A DNA stretch of 64,000 bases, from contig AP038806.1 of the NCBI GenBank assembly GCA_047150005.1, forward strand, positions 2,944,001 through 3,008,000, written 5' to 3'. The position numbers and the translations under genes were made by a program. This document shows positions 54,660 through 63,537 of the stretch, piece after piece. This DNA is from Nitrospira sp. (GTDB lineage: Bacteria; Nitrospirota; Nitrospiria; Nitrospirales; Nitrospiraceae). Below the pieces are notes generated by a model that did not search any database, was not told the DNA's origin, and saw nothing but the letters and a program-made list of their open reading frames with translations. Each line of letters starts with the position of its first letter. Within the stretch, counting starts at the first letter, position 1.

Positions 54660-54695
54660 GCTCTCTCCTTGTAAACGGCTTGTTCTCACTCTGGT

Positions 54696-54721
54696 CTGGC
54701 CGATCCCATCGGATCGGCCAG
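54696..54721 (+). other. Stem-loop after precursor 1
   Basis: Perfect 11-bp stem ctggccgatcc-catc-ggatcggccag. Confidence 0.7.
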
Positions 54722-54749
54722 CCCCATGATCTAGAGGGGGTGATCAAGA

Positions 54750-54872
54750 ATGGAGCTCCAGAAAAAGGAATCCTATACGGAACCTGTGTTGACGACGCAC
54801 GATTTGCTGCGCGATATCACTGGGCAGAAGTATCGGGAAAAGACAAGCGACAAGGTCAGCGACGAGCCGTAG
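54750..54872 (+). CDS. RiPP precursor 2 (40 aa): MELQKKESYTEPVLTTHDLLRDITG-QKYREKTSDKVSDEP
   Basis: Translated by hand; GGGGGTGA SD; conserved leader. Confidence 0.88.
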   Translation: MELQKKESYTEPVLTTHDLLRDITGQKYREKTSDKVSDEP

Positions 54873-54915
54873 CAGGAAGGTTTAGTCGGTCTCTTGTTGG
54901 AGGCTGACCCTCCGT

Positions 54916-54953
54916 CTGTGGGCTGGTCGTTCTCCGGACAGACTGGCCCATAG
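54916..54953 (+). other. Stem-loop after precursor 2
   Basis: ctgtgggctggtc / gactggcccatag, 13 bp including 3 G-U pairs. Confidence 0.6.
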
Positions 54954-54996
54954 TAACGGACGGTCGGATCTCGAAACTTAACGGGATGAGGGATGC

Positions 54997-56031
54997 ATGA
55001 CCACAGCGACAGCAACGCGCGAGTACCATTTCTCTTTGCACGGCGTAGATCTGCACTACCACACGTCGTCTTCGGCTCTGGTGGCGCCGATTCTCTCCTT
55101 CCTGCGCCATTTTTGTGCCGACAGCGGACAGGGCGGAACGGTGCTCACCATTCGTTTCGAACAGGTCGGCGGTCGAGCGGAGATACCGGTCACGTTGTCC
55201 AAACAGGCCAGAACGTTGTTCTCGGGAACCTGTCCATCGCGGGGAGACTCGCTCCGCTCGATCTGGCGCTGCGACGTCGTGCAGGACGGCGACCGTCTCG
55301 TCACCGACTTCCACGATCAGGGCGTGTTGATCATCGACGGGCCCCGCGGGCTCGTCGAAGGGTATTTCATCAGCCCAGAGGCGATGCACGAGGATGTCCG
55401 CGAGAGTTTTTTTCACTATGCCTTGATTGAACTCCTCAAGCGAAGAGGGCTGTTCACCGTGCATGCGACGGCGCTCGAGTATCAAGGGCAGGGCGTGCTG
55501 ATCCCGGGTTACAGCGGCCAGGGGAAAACGACGTCATTCCTTTCGCTTCTGCGATCAGGTTTTCGGTATCTGTCCGACGATTATCCACTTCTGAGGGACC
55601 GCGGTACCCACATGGAACTCCTCTCTTTTCCGATGAAGGTCGATGTCACGGACCGGACGATCGAATTCTTCCCCGAATTGCGGGACGCGCCTTCCGGAAT
55701 CTTGAAACAGGGCGTGTGGAAAAAGTGGTTCCAGCCGGAAGACGTCTATCCGAACTCCGTCGGAACGTCCTGCCGGCCGGCCATGATTCTGTTCCCGCGC
55801 GTCGTGGACATGGCACACAGCTGTCTCGAGCCCTTGTCCAGGAGCCGCGCGCTCGAGGCGGTCATGCCTCAGGCGCTGCGGGTGTACGATCCCGACGTCG
55901 CGCGCCGCGAGTTTCAGGCGCTTTCCAAGCTGGTCCAGCAGGTCGACTGTTATCGCCTCCACTTTGGGCGAGATATCCTCGATCTTCCGAAGCTCATCGC
56001 GCCGTTGCTGGAATTGCGGAAGTTCGCGTGA
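54997..56031 (+). CDS. HPr-kinase-like P-loop kinase (lasso-cluster kinase type)
   Basis: 'VHATAL', 'GYSGQGKTT', 'YLSDD'. Confidence 0.82.
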   Translation: MTTATATREYHFSLHGVDLHYHTSSSALVAPILSFLRHFCADSGQGGTVLTIRFEQVGGRAEIPVTLSKQARTLFSGTCPSRGDSLRSIWRCDVVQDGDRLVTDFHDQGVLIIDGPRGLVEGYFISPEAMHEDVRESFFHYALIELLKRRGLFTVHATALEYQGQGVLIPGYSGQGKTTSFLSLLRSGFRYLSDDYPLLRDRGTHMELLSFPMKVDVTDRTIEFFPELRDAPSGILKQGVWKKWFQPEDVYPNSVGTSCRPAMILFPRVVDMAHSCLEPLSRSRALEAVMPQALRVYDPDVARREFQALSKLVQQVDCYRLHFGRDILDLPKLIAPLLELRKFA

Positions 56032-56125
56032 AGCGAGGAGGACACGAAGGCTGAACCGTCAGTGTTCGCTCCCGTGAGGCGTCCGCGTCACGGGGGACTT
56101 TGAAGGCGGAAGGAGGTGACGGCGA

Positions 56126-56251
56126 ATGGAGAATCAGAAGAAGGAGTCCTATACCGAGCCGGTGTTGACGGCGCACGAACTGCTGCGCGACATCACGGCG
56201 GTGAAGTATCGGGATTGTCAGAAGGCGATCGATAGCGGCTGTCCCGAGTAA
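56126..56251 (+). CDS. RiPP precursor 3 (41 aa): MENQKKESYTEPVLTAHELLRDITA-VKYRDCQKAIDSGCPE
   Basis: Translated by hand; GGAGGTGA SD; conserved leader with synonymous codon changes. Confidence 0.88.
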   Translation: MENQKKESYTEPVLTAHELLRDITAVKYRDCQKAIDSGCPE

Positions 56252-56294
56252 TCACGTCTGATCCTGTCCGAAGTGTTCGCGGGATCAGTGAGTC

Positions 56295-56332
56295 GATAGG
56301 CTGGCCGGAGGAAGGTCGCCGGGCAGCCTATC
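56295..56332 (+). other. Stem-loop after precursor 3
   Basis: gataggctg-g-ccgg ... ccgg-g-cagcctatc. Confidence 0.65.
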
Positions 56333-56376
56333 TCTCCAGCCAGTGTTCGCCGAATCGTTCTTGTCCAGGGGGACGC

Positions 56377-57420
56377 ATGATCGTCGACGGCCTCAGGTGG
56401 TTTCTTGAGCGGACCGTGGAAACGGCCTTCTCATCGTTCCGCTCCAGGGAGAGTTTTGCGGAAGCCCTCGGCCACGTACCGACGGTCTTCGTGAATTTCT
56501 CCAACGGCCTGGCCTGGCCCTATTTGCTGTCGAGTGTTTTGCTGGCCTGGGTAATTTACGTCTTCGCCAGGCGGAGCCGGACCACGACCGTTGCGTCATT
56601 TCTCGAGTTCGCCTTTCCGTCGCGGCTCTATCGACATCCCTCCACGGCATTGGATTTTCGATTCATGGCCGTCGACGTGTTCGTGACGATGTTGCTGTAC
56701 GCGCCGATGTTCACGGGAGTCGGCCTACTCGGGACGAAGATCATCTCCGCGGTCCTCGTCGACCGGCTCGGATGGGATCCCCCGCGGGCCTTGTCCGTGG
56801 CCGCGCTCGTGCTTGCCGCCGTCGGATTCCTCCTGTTGTCCGATTGCGTGAACTACTGGTCGCACGTGTGGTTCCATAGGAGTCCCCTGCTCTGGTCATT
56901 CCACCGGGTCCATCATTCGGCCGAGGTGCTCACTCCGGCTGCGGCGTACCGCGTGCATCCGGTCGAAAATGCCGTGGTCGTGATGCTGCAGGCACCAATC
57001 GTCGGTCTGTCGGCGGTGTTCTATCAGAACATCCTCGGACCCGACCGGCAGATCACGATGATTTTCGGCGTCAGCGTGATCGGGTTCATTCTAGCCTTGA
57101 TGGGCACACATCTGCGGCACTCCCACATCTGGTTTTCGTATGGGCCCTGGTTGAATCGGGTGGTGATGAGCCCAGCCCACCATCAGATCCACCACAGCAT
57201 CGAGTCGCGGCATTGGAACAAGAACTTCGGGGTGAAGTTTACGATCTGGGACCAGCTCTTCGGCACCCTCTATGCGCCGGAAAAGCCCGAAGCGCTGAAG
57301 GTGGGTTTGCCTGACGCGGGGCCACCTGAATTCACCTCGGTGCCGAGGTTGTATTTCCTGCCATTTACTCGAGTGATCCACATGCTGTCCCTGTTACTCC
57401 ATGTCGAGAGGAGCAGATAG
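56377..57420 (+). CDS. Fatty-acid hydroxylase / sterol desaturase family membrane di-iron enzyme
   Basis: His boxes 'HVWFH', 'HRVHH', 'HLRHSH', 'HQIHH'; 'NFG..FTIWDQLFGT'. Confidence 0.88.
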   Translation: MIVDGLRWFLERTVETAFSSFRSRESFAEALGHVPTVFVNFSNGLAWPYLLSSVLLAWVIYVFARRSRTTTVASFLEFAFPSRLYRHPSTALDFRFMAVDVFVTMLLYAPMFTGVGLLGTKIISAVLVDRLGWDPPRALSVAALVLAAVGFLLLSDCVNYWSHVWFHRSPLLWSFHRVHHSAEVLTPAAAYRVHPVENAVVVMLQAPIVGLSAVFYQNILGPDRQITMIFGVSVIGFILALMGTHLRHSHIWFSYGPWLNRVVMSPAHHQIHHSIESRHWNKNFGVKFTIWDQLFGTLYAPEKPEALKVGLPDAGPPEFTSVPRLYFLPFTRVIHMLSLLLHVERSR

Positions 57421-58698
57421 ATGATGCGTATTCCTACTGCAGCCACCACGCGGCCTGCGTCTCTGGAATTTCACGCAGCGGACCAGACGTCCGCGACCTG
57501 GTTTCCTGAGGCCAGGTTCCTAAGGCTCTGCGCCCGCACCTCCGTCAGCGATGCCGAACGTCGTCGTATCAGAGAGACGGCTCAGCTCCCAATGGATTGG
57601 CAACGAGTATTGGATCTTGCGCACTACCACGGCGTGGGTCCGCTGCTATACCGGACGATCAGCGCCGTCTGCCAAGATTTGGTGCCGCACGAGCCGCTCG
57701 TGAAACTTCGCCGGGTGAGTCAGGTCGGAACGTTGCTGAATGGTGTGTTGGCCAAGGAAGTGGTTCGACTTTGTCAGGCTTTCAACGAGAAGGGCGTGCC
57801 AATCATCCCGTTCAAAGGCGCCACCTTGGCAGCGCTGGCTTATGAAGACATGAACTTGCGGGACTTCGACGATCTCGATTTCATTGTGCCGCAGCCTCAA
57901 TTGGCAGATGCGCAGGAGGTCTTGCAGTCCCAGGGGTATCGCTGTTGGATTCGTTCGCGCGAAGAATTTCAAGCTTCGCATTCTGATGAACCATACCATT
58001 TGTACATCAACGAGAGCCGTCGGGCAGTCGTCGATTTGCAATGGGTCATGGCGCACGAACTGTTTTCTTTTCGCCTCGACCGAGTCGAGCTCTGGGATCG
58101 GCGCATCTCTGTCCGGATCGGCGGCGCACAGGTCAGCACGCTAGCCCCGGAGGAATTGTTGATCATATTATGTGTACATGGTTCGAAGCATGCCTGGGAG
58201 CGATTGAAGTGGGTGACTGACGTGGCTGAGCTGCTTCGAGCGAGAAAACTTGACTGGAACCGCGCCTTTGCGACGGCCGAGAAGTGGCACTGCCGCCGCA
58301 TGCTCTTGATCGGTCTCAGCCTTGCTCATCGGTTGATGGACACCCCCCTTCCTCCCGGGATCCGAGGCGAGATCTATTCTGACCCTCAAATTTCCGCACT
58401 AGCGGCGTGCATGCCGAAAAGCATGCTGATCCAATCTCAAAATGGGATCGACGAGCACGACGGACCGGCGCTGTATTTTACGCTGAAGGATAGCTGGCTG
58501 GAACGTTGGCGTTACGGCATGACACTATGTCGTGAGAATCATCCCGTCATTCACCAGCCTCCCTCATGGTTTCAATGGAAGCGGTCGCTCGCGAGACTTG
58601 CCCGCATTCTTCAACCGCTCCGCGCATGGACTGCGAAAGTGCCTCTGGCCAAGCGAATTCGGCGTGTTTTCGTCCGGATCACAGAACTTCCTGCCTAA
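57421..58698 (+). CDS. Nucleotidyltransferase (NTP_transf_5-like, found in lasso clusters)
   Basis: 'HGVGPLL', 'FKG..LA..AY....RDFDDLDF', 'VDLQW', 'HGSKH...LKWVTD'. Confidence 0.82.
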   Translation: MMRIPTAATTRPASLEFHAADQTSATWFPEARFLRLCARTSVSDAERRRIRETAQLPMDWQRVLDLAHYHGVGPLLYRTISAVCQDLVPHEPLVKLRRVSQVGTLLNGVLAKEVVRLCQAFNEKGVPIIPFKGATLAALAYEDMNLRDFDDLDFIVPQPQLADAQEVLQSQGYRCWIRSREEFQASHSDEPYHLYINESRRAVVDLQWVMAHELFSFRLDRVELWDRRISVRIGGAQVSTLAPEELLIILCVHGSKHAWERLKWVTDVAELLRARKLDWNRAFATAEKWHCRRMLLIGLSLAHRLMDTPLPPGIRGEIYSDPQISALAACMPKSMLIQSQNGIDEHDGPALYFTLKDSWLERWRYGMTLCRENHPVIHQPPSWFQWKRSLARLARILQPLRAWTAKVPLAKRIRRVFVRITELPA

Positions 58699-58800
58699 GG
58701 CGCCGCGGACTTGCGGCGACATTTCTGGCCGTTGCCCCTGAAAAAATCTGCATGGTAGGATAGCGCCATCGCTCTCTTAGGTTCTAGGAAGGAGGCCGTC

Positions 58801-59334
58801 ATGAAGCGTGTTGCCCTCTTACTATGTTCCGTAGTCGCCCTGCTGGTGGGCGTCAATCTGGTCCTGGCGGCTGGATTCTTCAAGGTCGGGGAGAAAGCGC
58901 CTGATTTTACGTTGAACGCCCTGACGGGCGAAACGGTGAACCTTGCGTCGCAAAAGGGAAAGGTCGTCGTACTGGGACTGTTTCATATCTGCGACCCCTG
59001 CATGATGCAGGGGTCCAATCTTCAAAAGGTCTACGAATCGACGTACGGGAAGAATGTGGCGGTGATCGGCGTGAACTCCGCCGGCAATGCGAAAAAGGAT
59101 GTCGGGGAGTTTCTCTCGGCCTTTCCGGTCAAGGTCACGTACCCGTATCTGTTGGACCCAGGGAAAGTGACGGATAAGCTCTACGGAGGGGGGAAATTCA
59201 TCCCCAATGTGTACGTCATCGACCAGGACGGAGTGATTCGCTGGCAGCGTGTGGGGAACATGGACCTCGCCGGTGCCGACGTGATCGTGGCAGAAGTGGA
59301 AAAACTGCTGGCCGCGTCGGGACAGAAGATGTAA
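58801..59334 (+). CDS. Exported thioredoxin-fold redoxin (AhpC/TlpA-like)
   Basis: 'GEKAPDFTL', CxxC 'CDPC', 'YVIDQDGVIR'. Confidence 0.85.
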   Translation: MKRVALLLCSVVALLVGVNLVLAAGFFKVGEKAPDFTLNALTGETVNLASQKGKVVVLGLFHICDPCMMQGSNLQKVYESTYGKNVAVIGVNSAGNAKKDVGEFLSAFPVKVTYPYLLDPGKVTDKLYGGGKFIPNVYVIDQDGVIRWQRVGNMDLAGADVIVAEVEKLLAASGQKM

Positions 59335-59364
59335 CAACACGCTCGACGGAAGGCGGAATTCCCC

Positions 59365-59604
59365 ATGGATGAGATCGAAGCAGGGAAACAGAGGTTTTTG
59401 GAGGTGGTCAAGGCCATTGATGCCGCCGTGCAAGTGGTCATACCTGTCTCGCCTTCCAACAGCATGTTTCTGATTTCCCTCACGAAGGGGTCGAACCGGA
59501 AGTTCATCACGTTGCCGGAGGACGACATCATTGATCTGCCCAACGAACCGAGCATTGAAACCAAAGTCACGAAGGTCTTGAAGGATGCGGTTGCGGCGCT
59601 GTGA
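59365..59604 (+). CDS. Hypothetical protein
   Basis: 79 aa ORF in a co-directional gene run. Confidence 0.65.
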   Translation: MDEIEAGKQRFLEVVKAIDAAVQVVIPVSPSNSMFLISLTKGSNRKFITLPEDDIIDLPNEPSIETKVTKVLKDAVAAL

Positions 59605-59698
59605 GCCGGTGAGGCCCCTCCTTTCCATTTCGGACGCGGTCAGTTCGCCGCCGGTTCCCGCGCAAGAGATCTCCTGAGCGCATGACCCCGGGTAATTC

Positions 59699-60304
59699 AT
59701 GAAACAACTGTTTCACGGCATCTGGCAATGGTCGTGGTTTTCCCAAGAGAAACAGATCGACTTTAACGGACTGTTTCTGGCAATCGGCGAGCACAAGATC
59801 CTCGTGGATCCGCCTCCCCTGACGGCGGAGGCGACCACGCTGATCCGCCGCCAGGGAGGCGTCGATTACATCGTCGTCACGAATCGTGACCACCGGCGGG
59901 AGGCCGAGATGTGCCGGGATGAATTCCGATGTCAGTTGTGGGTGCCTGATGCGGATGCCGGACAGATGGATCTCCAGCCCGCCAGAACGTTCAAGGACGG
60001 AGAATTGCTGCCAGGTGGAATGTGGACGGTTCAGCTGAGTGATCAAAAGTCTCCCGGAGAGTCGGCGCTGTTCATTCCGCAGGGCAAGGGCACCATCATC
60101 GTCGGCGATGCGTTGATCGGAAAGCCCGCGGGGGTCCTGAGTCTGTTGGCTGCGGAGAAGTACGCCGACGTCCACAAGGCGCGAGAAGGGCTGCGCCGCC
60201 TGTTGAAGTACACCTTCGATGCACTCTTGGTCGGCGACGGGGTCTCGATTCTTACCGGCGCGAAGCAGGCGGTGGAGTTGGCGTTGAAGGACTCGCCGCC
60301 ATGA
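59699..60304 (+). CDS. Metallo-beta-lactamase-fold protein
   Basis: 'LVDPP', 'TNRDH', 'SPGE', 'VGDA'. Confidence 0.7.
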   Translation: MKQLFHGIWQWSWFSQEKQIDFNGLFLAIGEHKILVDPPPLTAEATTLIRRQGGVDYIVVTNRDHRREAEMCRDEFRCQLWVPDADAGQMDLQPARTFKDGELLPGGMWTVQLSDQKSPGESALFIPQGKGTIIVGDALIGKPAGVLSLLAAEKYADVHKAREGLRRLLKYTFDALLVGDGVSILTGAKQAVELALKDSPP

Positions 60305-61113
60305 TGGTCAAGAACGGCCTGTCGGAGGAGCTCAATCGACACGGGAACGAACACTTCTCGCGCGGGCACTATACCGAGGCGTACACCTGCTATGCCAAGG
60401 CACTCGAATGCGATCGGATGACCCGCGACCAGCGGGCATTGGTGACCACGCTTGGCAATCTCGGCAACATCTGTGCGGTCAGCGGCCGACGAGAGGCGGC
60501 GCAGGACTATTATCAGGAGGTATTGGAACTGCAGAAGGTGTTCGGCGACGAGAAGGGGATCGGGACGACATTGGCCAATCTGGGTAACCTGCGCGCGGAC
60601 GCGGGAGAATGGGAGCGGGCGAGAGCCTACTATCTGGAAGCATTGGACTTGATGACCAAGACACGCGACGAGGCGGCCAAGGCGGTTCTGTATTCCGATC
60701 TCGGCCTGATCGCGAGAGAGACCGGCCAATTCGATGAGGCGATTCGATGGTATGAACGTTCGCTCGTGCTGATGCGTCGATTGGGGAATCCGGGCGGTGC
60801 GGCCGACGCCTGGCGCATGATGGGGCGGACCTTTTTGATGCAGCGCCGTCATGACGACGCGATTGCCTGCTGTCAAACCAGCCAATCCATTGCGGAGCGG
60901 GCACATGACGAACTCCGTACGGGCGGCGCTCGCTACGTGCTGGCTCAGTGCTACGAAGAACTCGGCCGTCTCGGCGAGGCGGTCGCCTTGCTCGAGCGGG
61001 TGGTGGAAATGGACCGGAAATATCAGTTGCCGAAATTGGACGAGAACACCAAGCGGCTGCGGGATCTTCGTGAGCGAAAAGAACGGGAAACTGTCGGGGG
61101 ATCGCATGAGTGA
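60301..61113 (+). CDS. Tetratricopeptide repeat protein
   Basis: Repeated 'LGNLG...A..YY..AL' units. Confidence 0.85.
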   Translation: MMVKNGLSEELNRHGNEHFSRGHYTEAYTCYAKALECDRMTRDQRALVTTLGNLGNICAVSGRREAAQDYYQEVLELQKVFGDEKGIGTTLANLGNLRADAGEWERARAYYLEALDLMTKTRDEAAKAVLYSDLGLIARETGQFDEAIRWYERSLVLMRRLGNPGGAADAWRMMGRTFLMQRRHDDAIACCQTSQSIAERAHDELRTGGARYVLAQCYEELGRLGEAVALLERVVEMDRKYQLPKLDENTKRLRDLRERKERETVGGSHE

Positions 61114-61543
61114 ACCGATATCACCGGGTTGGGTTGAAGCTCGGACCAAGTTGAACGCGACGTTTCCCCAGTTCTACGAGCTTGAGCCGGGCGGTTCGTT
61201 GGCGCTGGATCTGGGAGAGGACGGCTGGCTGTTGGAACTCAAGCCGGAAGGGAAAGTGCTTTGTCAGTACGGAGTGGCGATGGATGACGTGATGAGTCTC
61301 ATGTCCGACGGCACTCCGGAGGATCTGGGCACGGACGAGATTGCCAAGCAGGCGAAATACTTCATTCAGCCGGCGGTGTCGAAATTCAGGGGCCTGCTGT
61401 TGCAGTCCGGATTCTCGGAGCAATCCGAAATGAACGATGAATATGTGGCGGTGACGTTCGAACGACCGGTGGACTTTCATCATCTCTCCAAAGTGGAGGA
61501 TCTGATCCGCTGGTGCCGGCGGCAAATCGGCGGAGCGACATGA
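61106..61543 (+). CDS. Hypothetical protein
   Basis: ATG 61106 overlaps the TPR gene end; stop overlaps the next ATG. Confidence 0.65.
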   Translation: MSEPISPGWVEARTKLNATFPQFYELEPGGSLALDLGEDGWLLELKPEGKVLCQYGVAMDDVMSLMSDGTPEDLGTDEIAKQAKYFIQPAVSKFRGLLLQSGFSEQSEMNDEYVAVTFERPVDFHHLSKVEDLIRWCRRQIGGAT

Positions 61544-62595
61544 CGAGGCCGCCGGTGACCTTTTCCGAGTTTCGCGATCTTTTTGCTGCGTATCGCCTTC
61601 CGAGGATCATTCTCACCGCTCTCGAACTGAAACTCTTCACGGTCATGGGCTCCTTGGCCTGGACTCCGCCCCAATTGGCCCGCTCGCTCAAGGTCAGCGA
61701 ACGGGGAGTGACAATGCTCTGCCGGAATTTGGCCATGGCCGGGCTGCTCATAAAAAAGGGAGAGCGGTATCGAACCGGCCGGTTGGGCTCGACTCTGTTG
61801 AACGGCGACCATCCCGCTTATCGAGGCAGTTATATCGATCTGCTCGCCGGTCAGTGGAACGATTGGGCGGCCTTGACCGAGTCGGTGCGAACCGGGAAGC
61901 CGGTCGACCACGGCGAGCCCGAGCAGCCGGACTATCGCTCAAGATTCACCTGGGCCATGCATCAACGCACGATGGATCTCGCACCACGGTTAGCCGCCGG
62001 CATTTCGCTCAAGGGAGCGAAATCGCTGCTGGATCTCGGTGGGGGACCGGGGACGTATGCGCTGGCGTTCCTGGCCAGAAACCGAAAGCTGCGGGGGACG
62101 GTCTGTGATCGTCCCGCCGCGCTCGAAGTGGCGAAGACTATCGCCCGAAGCCACAAGGCTGGTGCAAGACTGTCATGCCTGCCGCTGGATCTGTTGGTTG
62201 ATCCGATTCCCGGTACTTACGACGTCGTGTGGTTTTCGAACGTCTTGCACATCTATTCTCCGGAACAGAACCGGGCTGTCCTTCGGCGGATCAAGGCGGC
62301 GTTGAATCCCGGCGGTCGCCTCCTCATCCAGGACGCCTTCCTTCATGATCGGGAAGGGCTTCGTCCCGATGATGCCAGCCTGTTCGCCCTGTCCATGCTC
62401 TTGTTTACCGAAACCGGGGACACCTATCATGCGACCGAAGTCACGGCCTGGTTGAAAGCAGCCGGCTTCGAGGACGTCAGGTTGTTGAAGATGAAGAAGA
62501 CACAGGAGGATTGGGAGGGAGGGGTTTTGGAGGCCCGTGTTCCCAGATCGCCCGTACAAACGCGTGCCAGCCGGCGACGATCAATAAGAAGTTGA
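61540..62595 (+). CDS. SAM-dependent O-methyltransferase with dimerisation domain
   Basis: 'LLDLGGGPG', 'SNVLH', 'LNPGGRLLI'. Confidence 0.88.
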   Translation: MTRPPVTFSEFRDLFAAYRLPRIILTALELKLFTVMGSLAWTPPQLARSLKVSERGVTMLCRNLAMAGLLIKKGERYRTGRLGSTLLNGDHPAYRGSYIDLLAGQWNDWAALTESVRTGKPVDHGEPEQPDYRSRFTWAMHQRTMDLAPRLAAGISLKGAKSLLDLGGGPGTYALAFLARNRKLRGTVCDRPAALEVAKTIARSHKAGARLSCLPLDLLVDPIPGTYDVVWFSNVLHIYSPEQNRAVLRRIKAALNPGGRLLIQDAFLHDREGLRPDDASLFALSMLLFTETGDTYHATEVTAWLKAAGFEDVRLLKMKKTQEDWEGGVLEARVPRSPVQTRASRRRSIRS

Positions 62596-62884
62596 AGCAA
62601 CCGCTCAACCAGTTCAATGAAGCGAAGCGAGCCTGGGAATCCGCCGATCCTGTCAGGGTGGCCAGGTCCAGGGCAAGCCCGACCGTTCCATAGATCACGC
62701 AAGCCATTCCAGGCCAATTCCATTTGGTCCAGACCAAGCCGATCAGGGCCAACGGGCTCACAATCAAGAACAGATCCCAGGGCAAGAAACTCCAATCGAG
62801 TAGGTTCGAGCCCGTCATCGCACGGCGGGTTTCAATTCCGATCAGGAGCAGACCCGCCAAGACGGCTGTCAGTGCCGCACGCAT
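62477..62884 (-). CDS. Small membrane protein
   Basis: 4 hydrophobic segments; 3' end overlaps the methyltransferase. Confidence 0.5.
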   Translation of the reverse strand: MRAALTAVLAGLLLIGIETRRAMTGSNLLDWSFLPWDLFLIVSPLALIGLVWTKWNWPGMACVIYGTVGLALDLATLTGSADSQARFASLNWLSGCFNFLLIVAGWHAFVRAIWEHGPPKPLPPNPPVSSSSSTT

Positions 62885-62972
62885 AAGCCGATCATACGCA
62901 CCGCCTGTTGCAGGGGCAACAGGCGCTTGTTCTCGTGTGCGCCCGCTGCTAGGGTGGTGTGAGGAGGAAGGT

Positions 62973-63392
62973 ATGAAGCAACCGACCGACAACGGATTGG
63001 CTGGCTGCACCCTGGTGTATGACGGCCGTTGCCGTTTCTGCGTGGCCGCCAAGAATCAACTCGAGCGGTTGGAGGCCGGAGGGTCAGAATCGCCCCTTCG
63101 GATGGTCCCCTATGACGACGAGGAGGCCAGAGGGTTGCTGCGTGAGGCCTATCGGCCTGGGCGTCCGGAGGTCGCCTTTCTTATTGATTCGACTGGCAAG
63201 ATCACCAGAGGGCTCGATGCCTTCCTGCCGTTCCTTCCCGCTATGAGGGGTGGGCCTTTCCTGGCCGGATTCTTCCGTCTGCCGCTGGTCAAACCGTTCG
63301 CCCGTCTGCTGTATGCCGTCGTCGCCAAGCACCGATACAGACTCTTCGGCGAGGTTCACCCGCCGCGTAGGGGTTCCTCCCACCATACTTGA
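62973..63392 (+). CDS. DCC1/DUF393-like thiol-disulfide oxidoreductase
   Basis: 'YDGRCRFC', 'VAKHRYRLFG'; GAGGAGG SD. Confidence 0.85.
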   Translation: MKQPTDNGLAGCTLVYDGRCRFCVAAKNQLERLEAGGSESPLRMVPYDDEEARGLLREAYRPGRPEVAFLIDSTGKITRGLDAFLPFLPAMRGGPFLAGFFRLPLVKPFARLLYAVVAKHRYRLFGEVHPPRRGSSHHT

Positions 63393-63537
63393 CGGCTCCC
63401 GGCCCGACATCGTCTCAACAACCGGTACAAATCTGTTCAAATCATACCCCCTCTTTTCGGGGGTTGCTTGCCTATACCGGGGAATTTACCCTTGGGCCTC
63501 TTGCTGGGACACTGCCGGGCAAGGAGGAACGAAGCTC

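Noticed and set aside
54515..54907. 130-aa ORF with an internal repeat
   Set aside because: Out-of-frame shadow of precursors 1 and 2, which have SDs and a conserved leader
54525..56251. Repeated ~90-bp units as a CRISPR or non-coding repeat
   Set aside because: The units are coding paralogues with synonymous changes, irregularly spaced, and no cas genes are present
58801..62595. Redoxin, TPR and methyltransferase genes as part of the RiPP cluster
   Set aside because: Separated by a gap with its own SD and a possible promoter; no evidence of linkage, though not excluded
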